Shown here piece by piece: positions 12,241 to 25,414 of a stretch of 64,000 nt of DNA (within the stretch, counting starts at the first letter, position 1; every line of letters starts with the position of its first letter). A model generated the notes under the pieces. That model had not been told where the DNA came from. It ran no database searches and worked only from the letters and a program-made list of their open reading frames with translations. Source of the stretch: Monocercomonoides exilis PA203 (Eukaryota; Protista; Preaxostyla). The DNA lies in the NCBI GenBank assembly GCA_001643675.2, contig LSRY02000001.1:2418001-2482000 (forward strand). The letters are read 5' to 3'. A program made the position numbers and the translations under genes.

Positions 12241-14859
12241 GTTACGAACTATCGATCTTCAACCACGAAACAAAAAAATACCACCTTGCGCCTGTCGCAT
12301 CTATTGTCAATATATCCGTCATTAACGAGCTCATCATAATAACTCCAGCTATATGGTAGATGAGTCGAACGCAGCAGAATGGAAGATAGTGTTCAGTTTT
12401 TTTCTCTTTCTTCGGTTCTCTTCTCCAAGCATATCTCGATCAGAGCGAGAGAAGATTTAAAAATAATTTTTGCAACGATGAAAAGCACTTCACAAACATC
12501 AACACAGAGATCGCCTTTGAGAATACATATCCTTTTTATTGTCCAATGACAGATACTTATGAAATGGTAATTGCGATCATCCATTTGAACTTGAAGCTCC
12601 TCTTCAGTCGGTTGAAGGCATAAAGAGCACTGTAAGAAAAAATTCAAGTGCCTCTCGAATTGAATATCAGTGTTCGTTTAACTTTAGGGAGGGGTTTGTT
12701 CCATCCGCAAACTCCATTCCAAGCTTGATAATTACTCAGATGAGCTATAAGGAGGAGGAGTTGAAATAATAATGGAAACTTGTGTTAAACTTGAGAGCAA
12801 GCAGAGAGAGAAATAACGAAAGGACGTCTTCACTTTTGGAAAGGTGAAGAATGGCTTGGAGTAATTGCAATAAGCAAGTTTTTTTTCTGCCAAGTGGTAT
12901 TTATCATCGTTGAACAAACACTTGCACAATCTGAGTCACAAAGTTCAAATTCTCTTCACCATGTTACACAGCACGAACAATTGAAATATTTTTGGCATAT
13001 CAATCAGTACTCCATCTTTTCCGATAATTCCATAGACAAACTGAGTTGTCGTGCTGTAGAACACAGATATATACCAGGGGAAGAAGAGCTTCACAGATTT
13101 TTGGAAGAATCTGGAGAAGAAGGTGGATGCGAGGAGAGAGAGAAAGAGAACAGAAAAGAAGACGGAAATGGAAATTCAAGAAAGATAAGGGTAGCTGAAT
13201 GCAGAAGGAGGAGAGGAAGAAGATGAAACAGATGAAGAGAGAGGTAACAAGAACAGCACATGGGATCCATTGCTCAGCGGAAAAGGTCATGAACATTCTT
13301 CTATTTGAATGGACGAATTAGGCAGAAAGATGATCCATATCGATTTTTCTTGCTCAATAAACAGTATTTTTCCAAATTCCTCTCTCCGACTGTTTCATCA
13401 TTCTGGACTGTTTCTGATTCACCTTTTCACAGACTAAAATACACATTCGAACACACTGTGAACTATTTCAGGTTGATCGACTCAATTTTATGAGATGCCC
13501 TCCTCGCTGTTTGCACATAACTCATCTCTTTCTGCTCAACCTTCAAAGCAAACACTGAACAAATTGAACACGAAAAGACAGTCAGATCTGCAGTCGAAAA
13601 AGGAACAAGAGGCTCCTCGATCTACCTCTCCATTTCTTCATCTATCTCTAAAAACACCAAATCCAAACTCTGAATTGAAGGTCGCTAAAGTTTTTGTAAA
13701 AACTTTTCAGTCACGCCTTCAGACAGGCATCAGCACTCGAATGGGAGTAAATTGTTTCCTTTATTTGTTCAATATGCCTGTCATGAAATAAGAAGGAAGA
13801 TGTAACCTTACTGAAGAAAGGAATATTTTTAATGACAAAGCAAGAAGTGCCAACAAGATAACCGTTGTTTTCCTTCAAAAGAGCTTTCAACTCCCGTCTT
13901 CCTCTCATGTTTATGAAAACCCAGTTCTTCGCTTTATTTTGGTTTCAAAGAACGCTAACGTCTCCCATTTTCCGAAGCATTATCGAATCAGATGTCTTCC
14001 TTTCCAATAACTGTTCCACATTATCTCAAATAATCTTCACTTTTGCTGACTATCCACACAACAAAGGGAAATATGATGTGATTGGAAGCAGTTGAGCTGC
14101 AGAACACAATTCTATTATCCTAATAGAACCGCAGAAGTCCTACATGGCTTCTCTCCTTGTAACTCAAATCCCTTTCAGTTCTCCTCTTTTGAAACTTCAT
14201 TTGTTTCAAGCAGGAACAAATCTCCGAAACTATAACTTCCGTTTGTTGTTTAAACGCTTTTCATGAAACTTATGCAAATACAGCAATAAAACCTTCTTCA
14301 TCTTTTTTTTCTTGATTTTCAAGGTGATAGTTTTATCATCAATCCAACAGAAGCCGCCCAATTTCAGATTTCTTTTATCGCACATTAATTATGTTTCATT
14401 GTTGGCATCTTGCTTTAGTTGATTTACATGAAAAAGATAGGTCATCTAACTTGACTGAAGGAAAAAAAAGACTACATGAAATGAATGTTGACAACACTGC
14501 TTTGAATAGCACTATTTGATATTTATAAGCAAATCTATGCAGAATTTGAATGTTATCAAAAAATCAAAATATGGTTTTTGATTTTGATTTTTGTTTTTGT
14601 TTTTGGTTTGACAGTGATTTTAATGCATTTTCGAATTTGCAAGCAATGCCAATATCTGTATTTTTTTCGAATTTTGAAAGTTAAAAATAAAAATATTTTG
14701 ATGGAATTTCTCTGAAAACGCATTCTTGAAAAAGCTAAACCTGATTTTTTGTTCATGAAAAATGTATTTTAATAATTTGCCATTTCAAATTAAGCATCTT
14801 GACAAGTCAAAAGTGGAAACCGAAAAAATACAATGTGAATCGCCAATTCTTAATAATCG

Positions 14860-14914
<55 letters not shown>

Positions 14915-15088
14915 ACTCGACAAAGGTTTTTTCTTTCGACCGACATGATTCGTCAAAAATTTCCTTGTCGCAAAGGCCTAATAATCAAATTTCGTGCTAT
15001 TTATAAGATAAATAATAACAATTTTTTATGTTTGAAGAAAATTTAGTGTGTATCAATAAAAAAAAAGTGGAAATAAGAAACTCAAAAT

Positions 15089-15497
15089 ATAGTTAGTGTT
15101 AATAAAAGTGGACACTTTCAATAATAGTGGACAGTTGAATTACCTCAACAACTATTGAAAGTTGCTTTTTGACAATAAACCCAATTATTCCCTCATTGAA
15201 TACAAACTTATCAGTCACGCATGAATGAAACAACTTTCTTCAAAGAACGAAGAAAAAATCATTTTCTATTTTTGGAGAAACTCGGATAATATTATTTCTC
15301 TGAGTTTCTCCGAAAATTAAAAAACCTTTTTTTTTAAATTTTATTATGATGTGCAAATGAAAAAAACAATTCATATCAGTTCATATTCATTGAAGGAATA
15401 ATTGTGTTTTTTGTCAAAATGCAACGATCAACTGTTGCTGAGATAATGCAACTGTCCACAGTTTTTGAAAGTGTCCACCATTAAAAACCCTAACTAT
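15089..15497. mobile_element. MITE/foldback element with imperfect TIRs of about 120 bp
   Basis: 15089-15210 (ATAGTTAG...GTGGACACTTTCAA...GTGGACAGTTG) is an imperfect reverse complement of 15375-15497 (...CAACTGTCCAC...TTGAAAGTGTCCAC...CTAACTAT). Confidence 0.8.
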
Positions 15498-15749
15498 TTC
15501 CTATTTGTGAAGTGGAAAATGTTTTATTTTCAGGTTCATTTCATTTTTCACTTTTTCATGAAATTAAGAAACCGAACAACCTAATTTGATTGAAATGCAG
15601 CAACACACAAGGAATGTCAAAATATCAACAATCACTTGTTTTTTGTTTTCAGCTTCATTCTTCTTCACAAAATACAAACAAAAATATCTTCCGTTCACTC
15701 ATTCAATCTGCAAGATTTCTTTTCCTCTTTGTTAAAGTATTTGCAACTA

Positions 15750-16561
15750 CACCATTTATTATTCAAATTTGGTAAACTTATTATTCGAAATTGTTAAACT
15801 TATTATTCAAAATTAATAAACTAATTATTCGATTTTGGTAAACTAATTATTCAAAATTAATAAACTAATTATTCAAAATTAATAAAAATCAGTATTTTTT
15901 ATTAAAAAATTTTTTGATATAAAATGATCACTGGTTGAGTGTCAGAAAGTGATTAAAATGTTTTGTTTTTTCATTATTCTTAAAAGGGATGAAAAATTGA
16001 ACCCCGATTTTTATTATTTGTGAATAAGCATGAAATTTTTTGATTTTTCAGAAAAAAATCATCACCATGGAAATCGGATAATTTTCAAACGAATAAACCT
16101 CACATTGCTTGGCAAAACGTCATCCAATCAAGAAAAGTTATTGAAATTTAAATATGCAAAGAAGATCAATAAAAACAAATGAAGAATTCTGAAAATGCAT
16201 TAATAGATTTATTAACTTATAAAAAATTCTTGTTTCCAGTTTGAAAAATTGATACAAATAAAATAATTTGATTGAATGATGTTTTTCCAAGCAATGTGAG
16301 GTTTATTCGTTTGAAAATTATCCGATTTCCATGGTGATGATTTTTTTCTGAAAAATCAAAAAATTTCATGCTTATTCACAAATAATAAAAATCGGGGTTC
16401 AATTTTTCATCCCTTTTAAGAATAATGAAAAAACAAAACATTTTAATCACTTTCTGACACTCAACCAGTGATCATTTTATATCAAAAAATTTTTTAATAA
16501 AAAATACTGATTTTTATTAATTTTGAATAATAAGTTTACCAAATTTGAATAATAAATGGTG
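15750..16561. mobile_element. 812-bp foldback element flanked by TA, with 245-bp inverted arms and 22-bp subterminal tandem repeats
   Basis: TA|CACCATTTATTATTC...GAATAATAAATGGTG|TA. 15868-16112 is the reverse complement of 16287-16531 with no mismatch seen. Six 22-bp units on the left (from 15759) against two on the right. Confidence 0.9.
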
Positions 16562-17189
16562 TAATTCCATTGGGAAAAAAGATGCGATTCAAAAAGTTAA
16601 TGATTTTTTTTTTTTAAAAAAAATACTATTAGATGGTGTTGTAATAAGAAAAAATTATTGAAATAAAAATAATAATTCGAATAATCAGAGTTTATTCCAG
16701 ATAACACCAGTTTATTCGAATTAAAAAAATGTATTCCTGAAAGACCTAGTTTATTCCAATTAATCCCTCAACATAAATTCTAATGATCCTTTTTGTTAAT
16801 TCGAAAGTGCAGAAAAATGAGAATACAAAAAGATAAGTAAACATTGTTTTTGTCAGGAATTTTAATTCTGAAAATTTTTGTGAAAAACAGTTATGGTCTC
16901 AGACATTTAAATGAAATACAGAGAATTTGCGCCAAAGGATTGGAGATAGAATGGAATGACAATTTATTCTACAAAACCTTAAAAACTATACTTATCAAAA
17001 TATAAACAGAACTGATGATATGCAATTTTTGAAGGGTTTTACACAATGAAAGAAGAAACTTTTATAAAACGATGAAAGGGCCTTTAAACTTTGATTTTTT
17101 ATACAACTCCGTAAATCTGTAAATTGAATAATCAAAAGTTCAAAGCAGAATAAAGAAAAAAGATTTCTTCCCAGAAATTTTCAGATTTT

Positions 17190-17990
17190 CCTATCTTTGT
17201 TGGAACAGAAAGTGGTAAAGGGGAGAGTGAATGTGTCTTTGTCTACAGTTTCACTGCATGCTCACTTACAGGTTTAAATGGTGGAGGGATATGCCGTATT
17301 ACTGTTCCAGCTGCATTCAAAATGAGGAACCTCCAATTTATTTCGTACAGCGCATTATCATATGGAGGAGGATAGTATTTTAATCCGAATCAACAAACAG
17401 CTCCAAATGATAGAATCTATTGTTATTATCTTTTCTTCCACGGATGCAAATGCTTGGCCAATCCTCCTTGTGGTAACAATGCGTATTTGGAAGATTACAA
17501 CAATGTCTTCTCATCGAACAACCCGTTCTACGAATCGTATACAACGAATAGCAATGATACGAGAGTGTGCCGTTATTATAAATCTGGAAGTTGGAATTAT
17601 CAGCACACACAAAAGAAGGATTGGCTGAAGGAGGGAATGAAGGATCGATATGTTGGGGTGAGTGGAAGTGACACGAGCAATCTGTGTGGGATGACTGAAT
17701 TGGCACCGTGCAAGACAGTGGGGCATGCAGTGGGGTCGAGCATGGTGCAGCTGAGCTCGACAATCACGTTGCTGGGTGGGAAGCATGTGAGCGAAGAGAA
17801 GACAATCAGTGTTGGGGAAAAGAAGATAATAATAACAGGGAGAGGGAAGACAGTGAGTGTGATTGGGACGAGTGCGCTTTCTACGTCTTCGCCAACACTG
17901 TTTAGCGTATCTACTGGTAAACCGGAGGCGGGGCATGCGGGGATCGATCATAACTCTATCAGAAGTTCATTGCAAAATATGTTTGCGGTA
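17190..17990 (+). pseudogene. Fragment of a beta-helix surface/receptor protein of the same superfamily as 43614-51452
   Basis: GLNGGGIC, YGGG*YF (in-frame TAG), KDWL...RYVGVSGSDTSNLCGMTELAPCKTV parallel KSEWL...RFVS...NDTYACG...PCSTI of the 2612-aa protein. Truncated at both ends. Confidence 0.7.
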
Positions 17991-18245
17991 TCGCTCTGGA
18001 AACAGCAGGAAACATGCAGCAATCGAGCTCAGCTTTTATGTTCATCTCCAATCTACCATTTTTCTCATTTGTGCAGCATTCTCTCATTCTCTGCCATCTG
18101 CTCAGCCTCGCTCAGATTTCGTGGATAGGGCTAGACAGACACTGCTTTCAGCAGCCAAAGATGGAAAATCTGGTTTCACTCAGTCCCCACAGATTTCTCT
18201 GTTGTTGTCGAAATCGCACTGTTCCTCCCCAGCCTCCTCGCCTTA

Positions 18246-18275
18246 TTCTTCTTCTTCTTCTTCTTCACCTTCACC

Positions 18276-18317
<42 letters not shown>

Positions 18318-18364
18318 TTCTTCTTCTTCTTCTTCTTCTTCAAAAAAAAAAAAAAAAAAAAAAA
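18246..18364 (+). repeat. Compound microsatellite (TTC)n(TCA)n(TTC)n followed by poly(A)
   Basis: Directly visible. Confidence 0.95.
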
Positions 18365-18741
18365 ACAAGGAATATTCTCCATTCAGACTTTTTTCTGTCT
18401 ATTTCTCCTTTTCTCTGAACTCAAGAATTTGCAATTTATTCTATGCAAAAAATAGAATTGGTTTTATCAATATGAAAAAGAATTTTGAAAAATTCAATTC
18501 TTCAAATAATCTATTGGTTTGATCAAACAGAAAAAAGATTTCCATTTTTTGATTCATACAGTCAATACTCGTGGTTTCTTCGCAATATCTTTAACACTTC
18601 TTTTTATTAAGCAATAACAAAACAGTTTGTATTGCGATCATTTTAGGGCTGCAAGATAATCAACGATGTTTGTATTTATCTTTTATTTTGTTATTTGCCA
18701 AGCTTTGCCCCACTTTTTGAATATTTTTTGGAACAAACAGA

Positions 18742-20190
18742 ATGAGTTTATCAGACGATGATAATCCTGAAGACAGAGTACAGATGATGACCAAAAGCGA
18801 GCAGTTTTCAAGTTTGCTCATTTATTTTAATTAAACAATTTTGAACAAAATGTTTGTCTTTTTAAATTCCCTTTGCAGAATTGCATTGTAAACTGGAGGA
18901 TTGCAGGGAAGATGAACAAATGCAGAAAATTCAAGAAATGGATAAACTTTTGGAAAAAATGAATAAAGAAGAATTTGAATCGGTTTTTAAAGCAGATCTA
19001 TTCAACAAAATAGATAAAATGATTGACGAAAAGAAACTGCCGATGAAAAATGCAATTAAGTTATTGAAGCAAATGGGATATTGCAAAATGTTGAAAAAAG
19101 CGTGGAAATATGAATTTAGAATATCTTTGTTGAACAAAAGATTTGAAAAGATGATAATCTGTGAAAATTTGAAGAAAGATGCGAAAAATGAAGATCTGCT
19201 TGCTAGCCTTTGTGAAAGCTATCTTTTGCTAAACGATAATTTTTCTTCAGAATTGCTTTCAATTTGTGTGCCTTGTCTTCTGAAAGTCGCTTTGAATAAA
19301 GAGGAAAGAGAAGACGTTCAAAAAGAAGTGGAAATGGCTTTATTGGCTTTGTGGAACACAAGATTTATAGTTTGAACACTTCTTTTTCCTTTTTGATATT
19401 TTTGCATATTTTTCGATTTTTATAGAAAATTGAAAAAGATCTGTATTTGAATGAAATCAAAGAGATTATCCTGAATTATCAGGAACATTACAATTTGACA
19501 CATCTTGCCTATCAGTCTGCTTGGCAGTTTTTGATAAACAGATTTGGCATAGACAGAAGTTTGGAAGATGATATTGTGAATGAGCTGCATTTTGTTAACG
19601 AGGCAAGCGCGGAACTCGAAAAGCATTCGAAATGTTTTGATTGGAAGAGAACAGAAGAAGAAAAGGAAAGAGGAAAAGAAGCGAAAGAGTTGCTTATTAT
19701 TAAGGGATGGACCAGTGCGATTTGTGAAGTCTTTTCTTTGTGCGAATTGTGGAACGAAGAACTTTCGGGGCTAATCGGAAGTGTTGTGAGAGTGTGCCAG
19801 GCATCAAAGGATAATTACCGAGATATAAGCAAGATGTGTATTTATTCATTAATAAAAGGAGCGGAAAAGAGAAATATGGAAATAGATACTTTTGTGAAGA
19901 AAGGAGCCATTGAAATATTTTTGGAGGAAATGAAGCAATCAACTTTGCTGAATGAAGAAATATTGAATTTTTTTCATTTCTTTTTGATTATTTCGGAAAG
20001 ATTGAAAAAAAAAGAGGTTTTTGAAAATGACGAAGCGAAAAGAAAGGCAACGAAAATGGAGATATTTGAAAAGATGGAAGAAGAAGGATTCGAAGATACC
20101 ATCACAAGCCTTTATGGAGTTATTTCTATTCTTTGTGAAAGATATGACAAAGAGCCAATTAAAGTGGATGATTGTTTTGTGAATATGTAG
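18742..20190 (+). CDS. Uncharacterized helical-family protein, copy 1, apparently intact (441 aa, 3 exons)
   Basis: Exons 18742-18811, 18879-19369 and 19426-20190 join in frame through GT-AG introns of 67 and 56 nt. Family motifs KEVEMALLAL and HNLTxLAYQSAWQFLI. Confidence 0.8.
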
Positions 20191-22285
20191 GCAAACTCTT
20201 TTCTTTTGATTATGAAACTCAAAAATCATGTTTATCTTTTTTTTTTTTTTGTATATTAACGAATATTCATGTGAATTTTTGCTTTTTCAAAAAATCAATA
20301 ATCTTTTAAAATTTTTCATTTCCAGATATTCGTCTCCATATAAAAAGAATAGAAAACTACTCAATCAAACAATAAATAAATATAAATACATCATGAATCT
20401 CTATTCCAAACACTTATTTCTTTTGGATAACTTAAAAAATTTTTTTAAAATCATTTACAGAAAAATGTTCAAGTATTCATCAATTTCCCAAGAAGTTCAA
20501 GCAACTCCAGAATAACCTCCTCCAAAATTTTATGTGATGGAAATAATGAAGATGTGTGCTGTCTCATTTGACAGGAGCATTGAACACAATCTTCAACAGT
20601 CTGGGCATCTTTTCGCACTGATTAAACAATCTCAGAACCACGGAAGAAGGATCATTCGCAACAGGATGCAAAGTCTGATGAAAAAACACTATATTCTTCG
20701 GATGCTCCTTCATCCTCCCACTCCCTCTATCTTTCGGTGCAAGCACATCACACAAGAAAAGGATACAGCTGCATTCAGTACAATGCACTCACTGCTGTTC
20801 TTGCAGCAAAAGTATCCAGACTTGTTGAAGAACTCGCACAGATACTCCCTGTGACAGCAACGTCTCCCTCACACTGAAGATGAAGATTTTGTTGGTGTTG
20901 TTCTTGAGGCCATTCGAGTGAAACAACACGCTTTATGTGAAAGGGATCCAAGAGAGTTAGCTCGTGTGTGAGAAGTGCAGGAGACATCAGAGTGGGCTGC
21001 GGAATAAAGTTGACCCCTCACAAAGATGCCAATGAGTTCTCTGCCACAACATTTTGTTGGCATATCTTCAAAAACAAACACATATTATCATCGATCGCAT
21101 TGCACATAAATATGACATCAGAAAAACGCAAGTGCAAACGAAGCATTAAAAAATGAGGCATCACTGTGTTCAGCTCAAACCTAATCTCCTTCAAGATTGG
21201 ATCAATCACCACCAACGCCAGCTCCTCATGCTGCACACATGCAAAAAATCGCATCTTCTCAATTTTCGCATGCACACAGTATGAAACCAGCTTGGCAAAG
21301 CTTCCATCTCCACTCGGCAATATGAATGTCTTTTTAACTGAGTTTGCTTGTGTTCTCTCGAACAATAGCAGAGTTGACAGAAGATACAATATGGACGCGA
21401 TTGATTTTAAAACGACATCTGGAAGAGCTTAAGGATGATAAGTGAGGAATGTGAAGAAGGATTTTTTTTTGAAGAAGAAGAAGAGGAAGAAGAATTAACT
21501 CCTCCTCCTCCTCCTCCTCCTTCCTTTTGTGACGAATGAAGAATTGTAATTTTATCTTTTGTGAGAATGGCATCGATGTCATTGTTTTGATCTGGATGTG
21601 CTTTTGCCTGAGTGACTAGCTCTTCGGTGAAAATGGTGATGCGAGGAGAAGGGGAAGAGAAAGATTCAGAGGAGGAGGAAGAAGAGAAGAAGAAGAAGAA
21701 AGAAGGATAAAGGATAAAGGAAAAATGAAAAAGGAAAGAGAATAAATTGTGGAAGTAACCTAAATTTGGCAGAGTCAAATAATGATATAAATTCAAGGTT
21801 TTTCACAAATCATTTTTTCCCATTTGCGACAGTGCATTAGTTAGAAATTATTTGAAAAGAATTTCAATCAAGATTTTGCAAAAATATTCTTATAAGAAAG
21901 AATTTTTCTCCTGAAACATTTTCATTTCAAAAAAATTTGTGTATTTTGTTTTTTAACTTTTATTCTGAAAATCCAAATATTCTCAACTTTTCGAAAAAGA
22001 ATGAATTGTATTTATCATCTATCAAAATGCAAACATAAAAAAAAAGATTTGAGACAAATTTTGAGTTAATTAGACAAGTTACCATTAGCCAATATTCTTT
22101 GTTTAAACTTTCAAAAATTGAAAACCTTCTTCTCAAATTACACATTTTTGAATTAGCGGCAAAATCGTATTTTCAAGCTTTCAATACAAAAAAAAAAAAA
22201 AAAAAATACAAAAATGATGTGCAACAAAAGAAAAGCGACAAAACAAATACCCAAAACGTTAAACAAGCAACTGCATAACAGGTTT

Positions 22286-22807
22286 TTATCGAGTAAAACT
22301 CACACTGAAACAATAATTCGAAACTGTGCTTAATTTCAGATTGCACATAAGCAAGATTTCATTTTCTTCTGATTCGGGTAGTTGCGTCTTCGAATTGCGT
22401 TTTTTACTTGTTCTAGTTGATGCTTTATCTGCAAACTCCCAAAATAAACATGAGCCTATGAAGAGCATAATTAACCCCAACAAGAAGCACAAATACAGAG
22501 GAATAAAATAAAAGCAATAATGCCCTTTCACAAATCCGTCCATTCTGAGGGTGGGAAGAAGAAACAGCAAAAGCAGAAAAACAAATACGAGGCAAGTCAA
22601 AAATTTCGGTTGATATTTTTTGCCTGCCAGAAATTTTAAACAAACATATACATAGCGACTTTCAAGCCAGTATGCCAAATACGTAGGAATCAATGTGATT
22701 GTCCAGCAATACGAAGCAATGCCTAATAAACACAAAAATAGAGATAAAGAACAAGGAAAAAAGAATAATCAATAGTGAGGGGAAAAATTAATAAGAATTT
22801 TCAATTT

Positions 22808-22850
<43 letters not shown>

Positions 22851-23966
22851 TTAAAATGAAAAATTTTTTTAAGTAACAAAACAAAATAAAAATCTCACAC
22901 CATCAGCCTTGAGCACCACCAACAAGAAAGAAGCAAACGAGCTCAGAATAGCCAATAAATTTCTAAGCTTTTTGCAAAGATGTCTTTTTTTCAAACTCGT
23001 GCAAACCAGCACAATTTGAATTAAGTACACAATTTCATAAGGAATAAGAGGAATAGAGAAGCTTATCTTCATCATCCCATCCAGCCACAACGCAGGAGGA
23101 ATTAAAAAACTCAAACAAAATAAGAATACAAAGAAAACCCAACACGAAAAACCAACAGCTAAACAAAGAACAACACTGATTATTCCAATACTAAAAGCAA
23201 TGCCACAAAATGTGAAAGACACAAAGCAATTGGGCCGATTTCCTTTCTCCAAAGCTTCTGCAGCAAACGGAATCATAACACCCCCAGCAAGAACAATTAC
23301 CACAACAATCAAAAGAAAAACAAATAAAATTCCCCAACGAATCATTGATAGATTGTATTTCTGCTTTGCTTTTCTTTCTAGCTGAGATTTTCTGGTTTGA
23401 ATCGAATTGACTGTTTTCAAATAGGCCCTGCTCAAAAGATCAATGAATATGCAGCAAAAAAATAAGTTGAATGAAAATTATTTATTTACGAAAAATACAA
23501 ATAAATTCTTTCATACAAAAAAGTTCTTTTCCATCCTTTCTCGCTTAATCCATATTTAGCCATGCTTTCTTCGCTTGGATGAAGCCCGCAATCATTTAGA
23601 TCAAGTGGTTGGATCTTTGTTGAATTGAGCCGCAATATTTCTCTGAAATGCAGAAGCGAAGATGAGTACTGATTCATCCACAACCTGAAAATGTTATTTT
23701 AAAAAAATAAACTTTTTGAATGTCAAAAAATAGAATAGCTTCTTAAGCAAACACTTCGTTTTGAGCGAGCATTTTCATTTTCTTGTTCACTTTTTGAAGA
23801 GCAAGCAACGTGTTATAATCGCAATTCTCCATAATCCTTAAACAGCATCGAAAACGAAAAAAGAAAGTGCACATTTGGAGCATTTTCAACAAACATAAAA
23901 TTTCACTTCATCAGTTCAAAAATTAAAAGATGCAAACATATTTATCAGTTCATTTGGCAAATCGTC
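22286..23966 (-). CDS. F-box protein with a multi-pass TMEM185-like membrane region; start not resolved
   Basis: Introns 23937-23837, 23752-23685, 23489-23428 and 22900-22723 (all GT-AG) keep the frame. They give DLPNELINMIMENCDYNTLLALQKVNKKMKMLAQNEVLW (F-box), then hydrophobic helices with three LxxDG...IP repeats (LWLDG, LKADG, LRMDG). Confidence 0.75.
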
Positions 23967-24454
23967 TTTTCATTTCGCAACAACAATTTTAGGCAGTGGA
24001 TTATTGAAAAATCATTCATATTTTTAATAAGCTTTCAAAAAGTTTAATTTTTGTTAAAAAGCAATTCACACTCATTTCAGAGAATTCTCATAAACAAAAT
24101 TTTTATTTGATCCAAACCAATATTATTTCATTAGCCAATTCAATATGGTTTGTTGTTTTTTGAATTATGAATATTGCATGGAGCAATATTTTTAAATATT
24201 TTCCTCAATTTCTTCTTCTTTATTGAGAATGAAAGACTTATGATGATATGATATCAGAAAAAGTTTGGAATTCAACATCGTCACTTTCAAAAATAAAAGA
24301 ATTTTGCCCTTTTATCCTTAAAATTGGATGCAAAAAATACATGCTTCAAGAAACACTGTGTGAACACTCTATTATCAATTTCTTTATGCTCGTTATTGTT
24401 CTCCATCAATTGCAAATTACCAAACGAAATCTCATTCGATATGGATGATAAAAA

Positions 24455-25414
24455 ATGTTATTGTTTTCTGATAATATGAATTTTCAAAAAAGAGGACGAA
24501 GAAAGTCATCGAGAAATTCATTGGTGTGCACTTGTGTTATTAATGAATTTGCGTTTGCTGATTTCTTTCTTTATTATTTTTTTTTAGAATTGTTTACTGA
24601 ACTGGAAAATTGCAATGATGAAAGTCAAAATCGAAAAACTGAATGAACTTATTGACACTATGAACAATGAAGAAGTTTATGATATTTTCGACTTAGAAAT
24701 GTTCAACAAAATTCACAAAATGATTGAAGAAAGGAAAATATCGATGAAAAATTCAGTTCTGTTGCTGAAGCACGTTGGATATTGCAATTTGATTAACGAT
24801 ATTTGGAGTAATAACTTTGATATATCTTCGTTGAGAAAAAGAATTGAGAAAAGGATTGTTAAAGAAGATAAGAAAAAAGAAGAAAAGAATGAAAAATTTC
24901 TTGTTAATCTTTGCCTATGCTATTTTTCTCTGAGTTGCATGTTCCAGGATGAATTGTTATCGATTTGTGAGTCTTGTCTTCTGAAAGCTGTGCTGAACAA
25001 AGAAGAAAACGAGGAGGCTCAGAAGGAAGTGGAAATGGCTTTTATGGCTTTGTGCAACATTCCGGCATTTGATGTTTGGGCACTTCTTTTTCATTTTTGA
25101 TTTTTTTTTTTACAAAAAGAGTTTTATTTTTAATATTATTTTATTTTGTTATATTTTTTGCACAGGAAATGAAAATAGAACTATCTGCAAATATGATCAA
25201 AGAAATTTTGAAATATCATCAGAAACATCACAACCTTACACGACTTGCTTATCAGTATGCTTGGGTATTTTTGATTCGCAGATTCTCCCACGAAGAACAC
25301 ATCGAAAGAGTTATTGTGAATGAGCTGCATTTTGTGAGTGAATCAGCAAAAGAAGTGAAAGAGTTGATAAGATGTATTGATTGGGAAGAAGAAGAAAGAG
25401 AAAAAGCTGAATAA
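24455..25414 (+). pseudogene. Helical-family copy 2, frameshifted and 3'-truncated
   Basis: Same motifs as copy 1 and an intron at the same position (25074-25165). Frameshift near 24620 and a premature end after EEEEREKAE. Confidence 0.75.

Larger units (their letters stand above)
9823..14980. mobile_element. hAT-like DNA transposon, decayed, 5158 bp
   Basis: Perfect 15-bp TIRs TAGGCCTTTGCGACA (9823-9837) and TGTCGCAAAGGCCTA (14966-14980). 8-bp TSD ATAATCAA at 9815-9822 and 14981-14988. Subterminal CGAC/GTCG motifs at both ends. The interior holds only broken ORFs. Confidence 0.85.

Noticed and set aside
14860-14913. Poly(A) tracts here and at 18342, 22811 and 61086 as retroposon tails
   Set aside because: No TSD or LINE/SINE body seen. 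Two lie within minus-strand introns, and homopolymer lengths may be assembly-dependent.
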